The notes under the pieces were generated by a model, which saw only the letters and a list, made by a program, of their open reading frames with translations, did not search any database and was not told the DNA's origin. A program made the position numbers and the translations under genes. A stretch of 64,000 nucleotides of DNA from Octopus sinensis (lineage: Eukaryota): positions 86,862,001 through 86,926,000 of the forward strand of contig NC_043005.1 in assembly GCF_006345805.1 (NCBI RefSeq). Direction: 5' to 3'. This document shows positions 1 to 14,330 of the stretch, piece by piece. How positions within the stretch are numbered: the first letter of the stretch is position 1; every line of letters begins with the position of its first letter.

Positions 1-179
1 CGTGTTTCTCTGGAGAGAGAGAGAGATAGACAGACAGATACACAGACAGACAGATAGACAGACAATCAGACAAACAGACAGACAGATAGGTAGATAGTTA
101 GATAGATACACAGACAGACAGACAGAGAGACAGACAGACAGACAGACAGATAGATGGATAGAAAGACAGACAGACAGAC

Positions 180-260
<81 letters not shown>
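1..260. repeat. (GACA)n/(GATA)n microsatellite
   Basis: Direct reading of tetranucleotide tracts. Confidence 0.95.
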
Positions 261-261
<1 letters not shown>

Positions 262-483
262 GGTGAGTAAGGCATACTAAACATTCTGTACAGGTAATGT
301 CGATCTGATAGAAGGAGTGAGCTTATGTCTACACAAATATTTGATCACTATAAGCAAATCATCAGCGTGGTTATTCGCTAAGAAATGTCCTTCTCTATCC
401 GCCATAAAGTCTAAGATATAAAATGGACAATACAAGAGAAACAATAAGCGAGGTCGGGTAAAAATGTATAATATATAATGAAT

Positions 484-637
484 GGGTGAGAATATATGTT
501 TTATTAATAAAACTGCAAAGGCATCCGAGTTTCACGTTCCCGTTCTTCGGTCAGTTCGACGAACGGGAACGTGTAACCCTGAGTAACCGTCTTTGTGATG
601 TCTTTGCAGCTTTATTAATAAAGCATATTACTCTCCC
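484..637. repeat. Imperfect foldback whose arms each carry a decayed hammerhead-like motif
   Basis: 484-525 pairs with 597-637; CACGTTCCCGTTC (533-545) pairs with GAACGGGAACGTG (561-573). Confidence 0.75.
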
Positions 638-1122
638 TATTGCGTAAGTCGACTTGGTCGTAAGTCGGCATATAGGCACATAGCTTTTTTTGTACATTTT
701 TACATTCCTAATGTACATTCTCAGGTAAAAGCCACGCACATGATTCTGTATTATACTATTATACTGGTGTTAGTCAAATATCTCTGAGTCTCAAGCAGAC
801 GTCTTATAAACTAATACGAAGTTGCCTCGGTGTCTCCGCGACAATATATTTATCCCACATTTGGCATAACCACAGTGGAGATCGATAACCAGACCTAGGG
901 GATGCATTTGTTAGCTGACATCACAAGCAAATGCGTTCCCGTTATATTTCAACAAGACAGTTTATTATTGCTCCCGGGAGCTGGCGCGCAATCATCGTTA
1001 AGTCGATTGATCGAAAGTCGGATAGGCCGTATATATATGTGTGTGTGTGTGTGTGCGTGCATGTGTGTGCGTGCATGTGTGTGCGTGTGTGTGTTTGCGT
1101 GTTTACGTGCGTGTTTGTACAA

Positions 1123-1153
<31 letters not shown>

Positions 1154-1275
1154 AAATTAAAGTCAAAATGAGGGTGGAAAATTGGATATTAATTTAATAA
1201 CATCAATTTAACACCAATGGTTTAGCGCATAAAAAATTGAGATTCAGTAAATATTATTAGTACATAAATACGAGA

Positions 1276-1672
1276 GGGAATCCACTATGTGGAAGCCCTT
1301 ACGCTAAAGAGAGATCCGCATGAGTCTCAACCACTCAGAATTGCTCTCAAGAAAAATTTAGCACACCATGAACGTAAGCGCGCAGGACAAATGAAAAATA
1401 ACAAAAATATAAATTAACCCGTTACAATTGTTTCACTGTGAATAAATTATGCAATTTTACTTACACAATTCATCTGCAGTTGGTCAGTGAGGTCATCATA
1501 TAAAGATATAATTTGTCGAACTCCACGCCAGATATCAACACGAGGTTGAAAATACATGTAGTTCCAACTATTACATCTACGGTTATGTTCAAACGTCCTG
1601 GAGAACAATCATAGTGGTTGAGGCTTATGCGGATCTCTTATTAGCGTAAGGGATTCCACAATGTGGAATCCC
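1276..1672. mobile_element. MITE-like element with ~60-bp terminal inverted repeats
   Basis: GGGAATCCACTATGTGGAAGCCCTTACGCTAAAGAGAGATCCGCATGAGTCTCAACCACT (1276-1335) is the near reverse complement of 1613-1672; no coding capacity. Confidence 0.8.
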
Positions 1673-1692
1673 TTTATGTATATAAATATATA

Positions 1693-1725
<33 letters not shown>

Positions 1726-1872
1726 ATTAGCAATGGTCAAGCCAATACATGTATAAAAACATGTAATATACAAATAAATATCTGTAAATATAAAACCATC
1801 CGAATTTCTGAGTACTTCATTTCTTCTAATATAAAATACCTGTACATCAGCTCCAAACCTACTAATATATAC

Positions 1873-1905
<33 letters not shown>

Positions 1906-2299
1906 GGTATCCACCGTGGTGGCTATTCCCCTTATATATAAATATATATATGTATGTATGCATGCATAGATAGATAGATAGCTAGATAGATAGATAGATA
2001 AATACATACATACATACATACATGCATACATACTTCGATATACATATCTCTATACAAGACGTGGGCACTTATGATGCTTCGGCGTTATACGAGTCTAGAG
2101 ATTAGTATGCGTATATTTGTATGTGTGACTTTTTCCTGGTTCTGTTTAATGCAATATACGAAACACTGGCAAAAACTACAGAATCCTATTCATATTTATG
2201 TCCAGGAAAAAATATCTGTTTCATCTCTGCCAAACCTATCGCCACCTAACCTCACTCCACCCTCAGCAGTTTTGCTTTGTCTGTGGGTGTGTGTGTGTG

Positions 2300-2329
2300 C
2301 ACATAGACGTGTGTATATGTGTATGTATG

Positions 2330-2375
<46 letters not shown>

Positions 2376-2405
2376 AGCGTATATATAAGAACATACATAA
2401 ATATG

Positions 2406-2444
<39 letters not shown>

Positions 2445-2545
2445 GGAGAGATGCATCTCTATAGTATTATAAATCTCTCTCACCTCTCTCTGTATTTATA
2501 TATATATGTGTTGTATATATATGTATCTATATATGTATGTATAAT

Positions 2546-2590
<45 letters not shown>

Positions 2591-2731
2591 TATATATATA
2601 TACAAAATATTTATTCATATATTTATACAGAGATATACATATATTGTTGTACATACATCTATATATTTATAATTTACGCGTATAGACACACACACACACA
2701 CACAAACACCCCCACCCCCACCCACACGCAC

Positions 2732-2765
<34 letters not shown>

Positions 2766-2856
2766 CGAATGTATGCGTGTGTATCTATATATACATATAC
2801 CTAAATACATACATGCATATAAATTTTTATGCGCATATGCTTATACACTTATATAT

Positions 2857-2923
<67 letters not shown>

Positions 2924-3200
2924 TAAATGTATGTATGTATATATGTATAATATGTGTATATATACAATATATTTATATATTTATATATACAGGCACACAT
3001 ACACACACATACATATATATATATAATTATATACGAAATAAAGAGGCGTATCATTTATGTATGAATATAATTATGCGCATGCATGCACTTGTATGTGTGT
3101 GTGTGCGTGTATATATATATGCATGTATACATATATATATATATAAGCACGTATAAATATCCAGGTGTGTTTATATACATATACATATATATATATATAG

Positions 3201-3232
<32 letters not shown>

Positions 3233-3322
3233 CTTTACACAAACCTTCATACACATATACACTCGCAGCACACTCCCACGTATATGTATTTATGTTCATG
3301 TATATATATATATGTATGTATG

Positions 3323-3353
<31 letters not shown>

Positions 3354-3355
3354 GA
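2300..3355. repeat. Compound (TA)n/(CA)n/(GA)n microsatellite field
   Basis: Direct reading; source of the YIYI/IYIY ORFs. Confidence 0.95.
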
Positions 3356-5607
3356 TTGTTTCCTGTTTCGTTATCGCTCGTTCATATATATTATATATTC
3401 TTTTAACGGAATATTCATATTTACGTCGTCAAATGGGGTTTTAATTCAGAAATATTCTCTCTGCCTCTTTGGTAAAGCAAAAAAGAAAAAAAAAATAATA
3501 ATAAACGAAGAAAACGACAATCAATAATGCTTATGAATATTCTCTGTGATGAGTTATTCATTAAAAGCGTTTGTAACACATATAACGAATAGAGGTAGCA
3601 ATTTTATTCCACCTCCCACCTCTAATTTTATTTTACTTCAGTAGCACACAAATATAATGAGTGAAATATGGAACTTATAATATATATAATGATTTCTGGC
3701 TGTAATGTTTAACCCACTCGTTTTGTGTGATATATTTTAATGGATAAAACTAGCGCCGTTCCTTCACCCGGAAGAATGAAAGCGAGGCTGAATTTCGGAT
3801 ATTGGAAATGTACGTCAGATTGAATTTTGTGCATTGGAAAACAATACTTTATGATAGTCTTTTACTATATATATATTTTTTGTATTATGTGGCGTTGTGT
3901 CCGTGTTGTGTATTCCCCATCGTGTGACCATCGGTTTTGGTTTGTTTAAATCCTCGTAATTTTTGTCAGAAAATAACGATAGAATAAGTGCCAGAGTTTA
4001 AATATATGTATTGGATCGCTATAGTCTACTGAAATATTTCGAGGTGGTGATCCTGCATGGCCGCAGTCCAGCAACTGTATCAAAGAGAAGGGAAATATAA
4101 AGACATATTCATATATTCCACCCGTAGATTTCGTTCCATAACGCGAAATATTACAGGAAAGCTAAAAACTCGTATTTCTAACTTGTTTAGCTTTTCTAGC
4201 TTTACATTTCGGCCATGATGTAGTGTTATGATCGAAAGATTTTGAGTGGCAGCCATCACATTTTCAGCCATATCACTTTAAGCCAATAAAGCCTTCTGTT
4301 CTTTTAAAGACGAAATGAGCTGGTTTGTGTCAGCACTTAATGTCCTTTATTTTTAGTGATTTCATTATTGGCTCTTGCAACCATTTTGGGCCTCACTTTC
4401 TCTACATTTGTTATTAAATGCCTCCTTGATGTCGACTGTGTGGAAACCATTTCTGTTTCCTGTTGAGATAATTGCACTTGCCTATCTTGTCAGATATAAG
4501 ACTGAAAGAGGCAGCTGACCATTGCTAGTCACAGATTGTATATCATAAATTATACGTTCCTATTGGCACGGTGCTTTATCATTCAGCAATTATCAGCAGG
4601 TGAATAACTTAACACTTAACATAGCTGGAATTATATTTACAAACTGTTATATTGATTTCAAATTTTAGCCCAAAGCCAGTAATTTTGGTGGTGAGGGTCG
4701 CTAAATCGATTGTATAGATCCAAGTACTAGGCTGGTACTTATTTTATCGACTCTGAAACGGGATATTTGAACTGAGAACCTACAGAAGAAATGCCGTTAA
4801 GCATTTCTCCCGGCGTGCTCACCTCTCTTCGAGGTCGCCGCTTTTTTGCAGACTCTTATATTGCCATTCGTTTCTTACTGGGTTCATAACCAGGATATTT
4901 CACACTCATTACCTTCAATGATTCAATTCGTTGGATAGCAACATACGATCGCACAGACATTTCCACATTCACAAAGGTATATTCATTTTTAATATTTATA
5001 CTCATTCACAAAGGTATATTCATTTTTAATATGTATCCTCATTTATCACGGCGGTTGAGTAACAATTAAAAACCGTGATACATGAATGGTGTTCAATCAC
5101 TTTGTAATTTGGAGCGAACAGTAATTTCATTGCCACCCACATCCACAATCAGGTATTTTCCTGTATATCTCTATCTTTTTCCTGTAGCAAATACACATGT
5201 TTTCGTCCTCCTTTAGGATTAAGGGTAATTGATTTTTTTGTTTTTGTTGACCGGTTGCATGTTGATAAATAATAGTATATAAATATGTACAAAAATATCC
5301 AGCCTTGCTGCATCATAAAAACACCAGCTATAGTTAATGCCTTTTAAACTGCTGAGGTTTATGTGCGGTCAATGGGTTGCGTTTTGGGACCAGCAGTATC
5401 GTCCATTAATCGTCAATTCAAGTTATAACAAATTTTGTATATTTTACTTGTTTCAGTCATTTAACAGCAACTGTATATGTGCTGAAGCAGTGATTCGAAG
5501 AATTTTCACTCGAATAAATCGACACCAGTAATCATTCTAGCAGTTTCAGAACCGCTACCCTCCGGGGAGTTAAACACACCAACACCAGTTAACAAGTGAT
5601 TCTGCAA

Positions 5608-5646
<39 letters not shown>

Positions 5647-8039
5647 GCGCACGAAGGACTTTATTTTAGTTTACGTCTACTATCTCCACTCGCAATGTTT
5701 TGGTAGGTTTGTGGCTATATTACAAAACACTTGTCCAAGTTGCAATACTGTGGGTGAGAACCCGGCACCATGTGGTTGGGAAACCAACTTCTTACCAGGC
5801 AGCCATGCCTGCGTAATATAATTCGCAACTGAGTGTACGATTTTATTCCGGATCAGTGAAGAAAGAATCAGTGTTAAACGAGGCTATATGCACTGATAGA
5901 TTTTATTTGTTAAATTTCGCCGAATTTTGTCTTGACGTAACATCATTTACCTGTTTCGGTCAGCGAAACGGAAACTCTAGTATTGCGTGAATGGTCTTTT
6001 ATTATTTTTTGTTTCTTTTATACATTTACCGAATTCATTTGAAAGATGACCAATCCTGAAAGCTTTCGTAACTAATCAAGACATATAAACTAATATTCAA
6101 CGAAGCTGCGTTACTTAATCACATTACCGATTCTCCGTGTTACGTGCACATTAGTCAAGCTACGCTGCAGATGCTCGTCTGAATGGCACGTACCTGCCCA
6201 CAATTTCATTCAACTCTACGTTATCAAATCGCGATTCCTAGTCCTACATCTTATACCTTAAGCAAAAGTACTTGATACACCCGCTCTTCTCACTTTCGTC
6301 ATCATTTATTCCAACATTTCTTCACATTCTGACTTTACGTCGTTGCTACCACATAATGTAATTATGTAAAGTATATTCTTTATAACTACAGTAATCTTGA
6401 TTATCTAATTAGCATTGCAATATTGAATTCGGACATAGCCTGAAGAATATGTATTTAGAGACGTTGTATAGTCTTCACGTCCGATCTATCACCAGACTGG
6501 TGCTTATTGTATTGATTATGGATGATTGGACGTCTAGCACAACTCTGGCAAGATTTTATCTCGGGAGATACGGAATGTACCTAAATAACAATTTACTATC
6601 GATTGGAGATAATTCATCAATCATGGATTATTATTTCAGTATCAAATTGCGTGTGCGTGTGCGTGTGTGTATAGAAAGAGGGAGAGCGAGAGAGAAACAG
6701 AGAAAGAGACTTCATAAAACTCAGTGTGAAGGAGACAGACTCAACATATACACTGCTAAAAACTCAAAGTTATATATCATTACAAAATCCATGTCACTCC
6801 GTTTCTTCGAAGCGGGTGGCGTGTTTATAATATTTGTGTTTTTTACTTACCGAGTTGTTTTACATTGCATCAAATATTTTGCAGGAAAATAACATCGTTA
6901 TCTATGTAAAACACCATATTAAATACACTATCTTGCTGCCAACGGTGCATCAGACTAGATGTATATACACAAGTAAAAGGCATGATGTTGTGGTTGTTGC
7001 CTGAGGAAAAATCTCTTCACAAATATGTTGTGTGGAAAACACATGAATCCGTGGGTGGTGAACATCATCGCAGTAGTGACTCATCAGAACGACAGACGTG
7101 CTTCGCCCTCCTTGGATCTTGTATATACTCTGCGCTCGATTCTCTCTTGATTAAACGAAATACATGTCTCTCTATATACGAAACATTGACTAATACATCG
7201 ATTGATATTAGAGAAAACCTGTCGTGTTCCATAAATCTCGGTGTATGCAACCAAAACAGAATTAAATTAAAATCATCACGAGTTTATCTTACTAAATATT
7301 TATACAACAATGATAATCATGAAGCTGTGATTTTGTCTGACAGAAACTCCCTTAGGATGTACGCTGTGATAAGAATAGAACATATCGAATTGAGGCGCAC
7401 ATCCGCACATGTGGCACACTAGAACGACAGATATCCTTCATGCGCTTTGAGGATTGTCAACGAAATATACATTCACTGTTATTGCGGAATGGTAGCAGGG
7501 GTGTAAAGAACTCGGTGGAAACAATTGAAACAATTTTGAATTAAAATAGTCATCTGTGTATTATACTAAATGTCTGCACACAAATGAAAGGGATGATGCT
7601 CTGCATTTTGTCTGAGAAAAAATCGCCTTACAATAATTGGTATGCCGTTCAACAAATAACAACTAGATGGTCCCGTTTTCTTTAGTAAACTGTGAGGATT
7701 TGCGTCTCAAGTTGATGCCTTTCATACAAAACATCATTTTACGTTGAAATATATAACGGTTGATGAATTAATTCATCTGGTTATTTCTACTTCCAAGTAG
7801 GCGATCGTAGTTGCGGTGGACCGTGTTGTGCTGTACATTTATAAGTACACAATAACATAGACTCCTCACTTTCATGAGGAAATATACACTGGAAACGCCT
7901 ATAGCCCTTCCTCTTGACACTTCTGATTTACTTTAATTATGGTTTATATTAAAGGATTTGTTTGCATCCATTGCTCGGTTTCAATGATTTTTAGAATACT
8001 CCGCAACGTTTTACTGTGTCATACTATTACATTGTTGTA

Positions 8040-8190
8040 GCCTCCGAATGATACCAACTCGGTAGCCAGGCCTAATGGCCAATATCACTCCTTCATGGGC
8101 CGACAATTCATCGCAGGGTTACACATTTACTGCTGGGTGAACTGGAGAAATGTGAAATGAAGTGTTGCTCGAGAACACAACACGCTAAAC
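8040..8190 (-). mobile_element. Fragment of SINE with Deu/Nin-like central domain
   Basis: CATTTACTGCTGGGTGAACTGGAG...TGCTCGAGAACACAAC resembles the copy at 30290-30350. Confidence 0.5.
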
Positions 8191-8253
8191 AATGGGTCAT
8201 GCGCGATTACACACACTCACACACTCAGAGCCCCACCCCAACACACACAGACT

Positions 8254-8295
<42 letters not shown>

Positions 8296-8301
8296 TGTAT
8301 G

Positions 8302-8342
<41 letters not shown>

Positions 8343-9511
8343 CCATGTAAATATGGGAATATATAAAATTCAGGCATTTCATCACAGCAGCATCTCACGC
8401 TAGAAAATTGCTACCAACATGTGCAATAGTAGTGTTAAAAATATACACCTTTTAATCAACCAAAAGGGGATTGGTTATACTTCATCCAATTATATGAGAA
8501 ACCCGCAAACCTAACACATGTACACCAAATAAGCGTGTTATTCTCGTAGGATAGATATTAAAAATCTTAATAAAGTAATCGAAAAGGTAATTGAATGTTA
8601 CGCGCATTTAGGTGAACGGCTTCGTATATTTCATATCATATGAGATATGCAATGCTACATAATGAATCGAGAGCCAGTCCAATTCGTCAGAAATTTTAAT
8701 TTTTAATCACATTAAAATCTGTGTGTGTGTCAGTAAATACTTATCTAAGTGTATATGTGTGTATGTGTATGTGAAGATAACTATGTATTACGTGTGTGTG
8801 TGTATGTATCAATGTGTGCATGTACGTATGTATGAAGTTATATGTGTGTTATTATATGCATATACACGGGTGTTGTTGAGGTGGGGAAGACATTAATTTC
8901 TAGAAGCTATAAATGTGGCGTTGAATTTCGACATGTTTGTATACTTCGCCATACAAGCAGAAACAAGCAAATAAAAAAAAGCTAATGATATTATATAAAT
9001 GAAGTATTTGGTGTATAAAAGATCATCAGATACAATATTCTTTGCAAAGTAATGAAGGAAATGGAATCACAAAGTCCAATATTATTTGTCAGGAAAATAG
9101 ATAATTATATTCTCCGCTCTAAACGTTTATACAAGATATGACCAGTGATAAAAATCGTTTGTTTGTAATTTGATTTTATTAATGAACCCAAATATTTCTT
9201 ATAATATTCAATATTAAATATCTTGTTTTCTCAATTTATCTCCTGTTATCAAGTTCGACTTTTCATTTTACGCCTAATATCCCCATAATATAATATATTT
9301 TTTTTTAAATCTTTATCGTGCATTAATTTCTCTATTTGTTAAAGGTTACATTCGTTCGTCAAGCTACGTTATGTCTATCAAAGCAATTTTTTTGATTGAT
9401 AGTTCTATATAATGATAACTGATTCGTTTCTTTTATGGAATATTTTTTTATTGCCGAGTGTCTTATACCAGATGATGGATGTATTATTATCTATTGATTC
9501 TATTATATATA

Positions 9512-10040
9512 TATTGTATTGACTCAAAAGTTGTGCAATATTTTGCTTGCTTATTTGTTTTATTCGTCAAACTTCAACAAAAATACCATACGATTTAAAG
9601 TAGAGGCCATCGTGTTGCACTGTCTAAAGCCACCTTTCTGTCAGTTATTTGATCCCACACTAATACCAGTACATATCCTTCGAGGCAAGGAACTCTTTAA
9701 CTGAAGTTTCCATCCTCTCTTGATTTTATGAGGCATCTTAAGCGCAAGATGTCAGGCATGGATCAGTATAAGTAATAATCTGATGGAACTATGTCTGGAA
9801 TTAATTCCAGGTCGTTCGTTCAGTATGAGTTCTTGCATTGTTTTTCTGCAGAATAGCTCGCTTTCTTTCAACCAGTGTCGTGTAGTTTTGTTGCACAATG
9901 GCATACATCCTCTCCAGCTGTTCGCAGTATAGGTTGCCACCGACGGTTCGATCGACAGGAAGGCTCTCGTAGTGAATAATACCTTCATACGTCCATCAGA
10001 CGCAGAGCATCACCTTATGTTCAAAACGCCCATTTATAGC
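9512..10040 (-). pseudogene. Decayed mariner transposase C-terminal half plus probable 3' TIR
   Basis: Minus-strand translation KVMLCV*WTYEGIIHYESL...YCEQLERMYAIV...RAILQKNNARTH...FLASK...GIK*LTERW...DGLYF matches mariner motifs; the terminus recurs at 23104. Confidence 0.85.
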
Positions 10041-11657
10041 AACAGGTCAACTACTGCATATGCACGTTAGAATTGCGAAAAATTATATGTCTCGAATTAT
10101 TACTTATTCTGATCCATGGCTTACTTCCTACGCTTGTGATACCTCCTTAGCCGAATATTTTCATATCAATATAGTACTATTTGCATAAATAGCCTGTACA
10201 TTTAGCCGCTTTTCGAGTATTTGCATAATTTCCAATATACACATTCCTGATAACCTGTTACGTTTAGGCCTGAATCATAGATTCGGTTTGGTAGAAAAAC
10301 TTGCAAGAATGAACTCAATCGCTTATTAACCCAGAACTGGTGGTACATTTATATTGCAGTCAACAATATGATGATATTTTATTTTGCACTTTTTGTTCTT
10401 TATTCCTCACAGTTCTTGTTTTGGTTACAATTTGTACGAAAATTGAAATTTTTCTGGGTTAGTTTTTCTTTATGAAAACGTTGTTTTATCTTTTATTTTT
10501 TGCCTGATACTTGTTGTGATTATGGAACTCTATCACTGCTTTGAAGGCTTTAGTGGAACAAATCGCCACAGTACCTGCTCTTTTTCGATTTCTGATATTT
10601 ATTTCATCAGCGTCCTTCATCAAAACCGTAGGTTACAGGAGCATAAGCAAAGCAGCACCAGTTGTCAAGTGATTAACGAAAAAGCATAAAACAGACACAT
10701 ACATATACATACACATAGAAACGCACACGTACTCATATATGTACAACAAACGTCCACTCGGTTTCCGTCAACCAAGTTCACTCGCAAAACATTGGTGGGC
10801 AGAGCTTTAGTAGAAGCACCTGACTAAGTTCCTACGCGGCGGGACTGAATCCGAAAACACATGGTTGTAAAGCGAGCTCTTAACCACATAGCCACGCCCG
10901 AGCCTTATTTAATATTTCGGGATATTTACTGCTAATATTAAACATAGCAATCTCTGTTAAACAGATTTTATTATTATTCTATCGTGCCATATATTCACGT
11001 CAATTGTTGATGTTAATATTATATCTATTACTAGTAGAGATACTCGGCATTGATCGGGATTAGAATGGCATATTCTTTTTTTATTCTTTTACTTGTTTCA
11101 GTCATGTGACTATGGATAGGCTGGAGCACCGCCTTCAATCAAACAAATCAACCCCAGGATTTATGCTTTGTAAGCCTAGTCTTCTGCGGAATTAAAAGTG
11201 ATCGAATAAAAGTGATACACTATGATAGTCTTATCACATTACAATTAAAACTGGAAGAATAAAAGTGAAACAATATTATTTCACAATATAGATGTTATTG
11301 TTTCACTTTTCACACGTAATAGAGAACCAGTGTAAGAAATGGCTACGGGCACGCATTAGGCAAGAAGCTGAAAATATTTTGGGCCCATCAAATACATATA
11401 GTAAGAGAGACACATACAAACATAAATTTACGCATGTCAGTTTTTACATACGTATGTGTGTGTGTGCGCGCTTAATAATATACCTAACGCAGAAACACAT
11501 ACATAGTCACAGAAGCACACACGCACTCACAAACACATTCATATAGAAAATGTGACGTCCTCGTCGCCGGGATATAAAATGTCATATACTATAGTTGAGC
11601 ATAGAGATTATGTTTATGAAATGTTATATTGTTTCACACTGACAGACTCACACATAC

Positions 11658-13130
11658 TCACAGACACACCAGGAGGTCATGACTGTATTTAGGCTTTTGA
11701 CCCACGAATAGTTCAGCCTCGATCTCCTTCCACTTAGGATTGCAGGTGAGAGTTATAAACAGGTCAGGCCTGCCATAATGCCGCACAAAGGTCATTGCCT
11801 CCTGCATTCTTTCGTGCATATTTCGGGAACTACCAGTGAATGTTGAAAGCAAGATACAGACATTTCCTATTCGTGTTCGAGCTGCATCATCGTTGATGGC
11901 TTCTCGGAGATGGATGTAGCTCTCGGAAAGCATTTGTTTTAGGGTGTAACTTGATGGAACCCAGTCTCTCCAATTAAATTCTTGTGCACGTATCAACTGC
12001 AAATTGGTGAAATAGCCTCCAGTGTGGTGGAGTTAATTACATCAGTTGTTTCGGGTCATAAATTGGTATGCGTAGAAGTCCATGCAGGATACTGGTTTTT
12101 TGAGATGTTCATTAGGACTTCTGAGATCTTGTTGTAGTATAGCGATATGATAGCCATCCTCTCCATTAATAAACAGAAGTGGGCATTAAAGCGTGTCATA
12201 CGATCGGTGCGTTTCACTAATTCGTTGGGAGTTATGTTACGTCGAATGAGGACAACATCTCTGGGATTGTGCTGCTCACCATAAAGGAGTACAGCTATTT
12301 CGTTGCATGTAGGTGCATTGTAACGGCCTGCATGTTCCCTAGATGGTCTTTTCTCAACATCAATGACAATATTAAAATTTGATGAAGCTTCTATTTCCAA
12401 CGCGTACTTGAAGCTATTTTTCTGGTCCAAAAGGTTTTGGCGTCGCATTTTCAGCTGAAATTTAGTGCCAATAGAAATTGGCTGAGTTTCGCCGGGTGGC
12501 TTGTTCATGTAAGTTACTTACGAAGTACAGTTGAAGGAATTCTGGAACTTTATTTTCTGCAGGTTCGAGCGATCCTATTGTATGGTAAATCTGAGCCCGA
12601 ACTTTAAAAGTAGGCATAAACCCGCGTTCCTTAACAAAATTCGGCCCGAAAGATGTAATTTGGAATTCAGAATTGTACTTCCGGATGTTATTCAGAAAAG
12701 GCTTTGATTCTCTAGTTGTGCCAGCATAGAATGATTTCTACGGCTGTGGCGGATCCTTCAGGGTGGGTAATTTGACTTTTTTATTTGCGCAAGACATACC
12801 AGGTGTTTGTTTTGGTCACTTCTTTGCGTTGCAGAAAGAGTAAGTGATGGACATATGTCCAATGTATATGCCTGGGTGGCAATCATAAGAAAGATGAGGG
12901 TCGTAGTGGAAAGCTTTTAATGGGCATCGTGAACTGCAAGGCGTTGGAAACCCCTGCCTATCAGCTCTTTGCTGAACTGAATTCTGCAGCCGAGTAATTC
13001 TATCTTGTGAGATCTTGGGAGCTCGCGCAGCAGCCGTGTTCGCAGCATTCATTGCCAGGCGTTTACTACGCTTCTCGTCAGTCTTGGCAGCTCCTGCAGC
13101 AGCAGTTGACGCAGCATATAGAAAATGTGA
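11658..13130 (-). pseudogene. Helitron Rep/helicase N-terminal region with stops and frameshifts
   Basis: AFHYDP...IGHM...FCNAKK*..TPGM, FQITSFG...GFMPTFKV..QIYH.IGSL, GRYNAPT.NEIAV, STFTGSSRNMHER.QEAMTFVRHYGRPDLFITLTCNPKW. Confidence 0.9.
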
Positions 13131-13382
13131 CGTTTTCGTCGAACGCGGAAATACACACACTGACAGACACATGCATATTCATACATAAACTCACAAACAT
13201 ACACTAACAGACACAGACACACATATATACAGAAGATATATCTTTGAAACAATAAGTAAATATATGTAGGTGACTTGTTATCAATTTCAAGCGTTAATGG
13301 CCAAGAAAAGGTTAAGAGTGAAGTGCAAAACACATAGATCTGCTCTCCTCGTTGACAGAACAATAAGCCGTATGTGTAGGGA

Positions 13383-13458
13383 GAATTTCTAGACTCGATT
13401 TCGAATCTCAGGAAGGGGCAAGAGAAGTGTGTACAGAACTCATCAGTAAATTAAATTC
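13383..13458 (-). ncRNA. Decayed type I hammerhead-like motif
   Basis: CUGAUGA-G...C-GAAA-UCGA-GUC; stem I GAAUUU/AAAUUC; stem II pairs poorly. Confidence 0.4.
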
Positions 13459-14125
13459 CGGACGCATGTGATTTAAGCAAATCATTGATTAATTAATTAA
13501 TTGCTAAGCCATGAGTGCCGCCCTTTCCTTCGATTGGGTGGGGAAAGAGCGTACATTAACGCAAGTCAGTCGTCACATATGTATATATATGTATGTGTAG
13601 ATGTGTGTGTGAGTTGAATAATGTACGTAATGCGGAAAGACACACTGACAGACACATGCTCACTCATATATTCACACACACATAGACATGTAGTCGAAGA
13701 CACAGAGACTCATACACAAAATGTAACGTTGTCATCGCACGCGAACACACACACACACATACTCACACACTCACACACACACTGAGAGACACATGCACAT
13801 TCATACACTCAGACATACACGCATATTTCGGAATGGATCGGTGAAACGATATTAAAAGTGAAAGAGGGTAAGTGAAACTATCATATCATTACAATATAGA
13901 TGATATTGTTTCACTTTTGAAACGGAATACCGAACCAGAGTAAGAGATCGTTCCAGGCCCGCATTAGGCAAGAAATTGAAAACTTTTGTAACCCGTGACA
14001 CTCCATGAAAGCTATGTATTGCATGTGTACAATTTATATAAAATCGGTTGAGTAGTTCACGAGTTTTAGTGATGCACACACACATACACACACACCTTCT
14101 CAGTTTTATATATATGAACTCCTAG

Positions 14126-14330
14126 GGCGGCGAGAAGGCAGAATTGTAAGTAAACCGGGTAAAATGCTTAGCGGCATTTCGTCCGTTCTTAGCTCTAATC
14201 CCGCCGAGATCAACTTTCCCTTTCATCCTTTCAGGGTCGATAAACTAACTTCTGTCTAAACAGTGGGGTTGATGTAATCAATTTACACCCTCTCCCGATC
14301 TTGCTGCTTTGTGCCAAAATTTAAAAGCAA
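14126..14330 (+). mobile_element. tRNA-derived SINE family B (GGCGGCGAG..GGCAGAA head)
   Basis: Homologous to the arrays at 36.8-37.9 kb and 60.9-61.5 kb. Confidence 0.75.

Larger units (their letters stand above)
11190..14117 (-). mobile_element. Truncated, rearranged Helitron
   Basis: 5' end TCATATATATAAAACTGAGAAGG at 14117; Rep N-terminal coding remnants inside; no 3' CTRR end found. Confidence 0.8.

Noticed and set aside
4080-4500. Possible minus-strand exon(s)
   Set aside because: Stops in all frames and no recognisable domain
4966-5031. ~30-bp direct duplication CATTCACAAAGGTATATTCATTTTTAATAT
   Set aside because: Simple local slippage duplication
6449-7422. Two ~146-aa plus-strand ORFs
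   Set aside because: No motif or plausible composition; the first crosses microsatellite; probably chance
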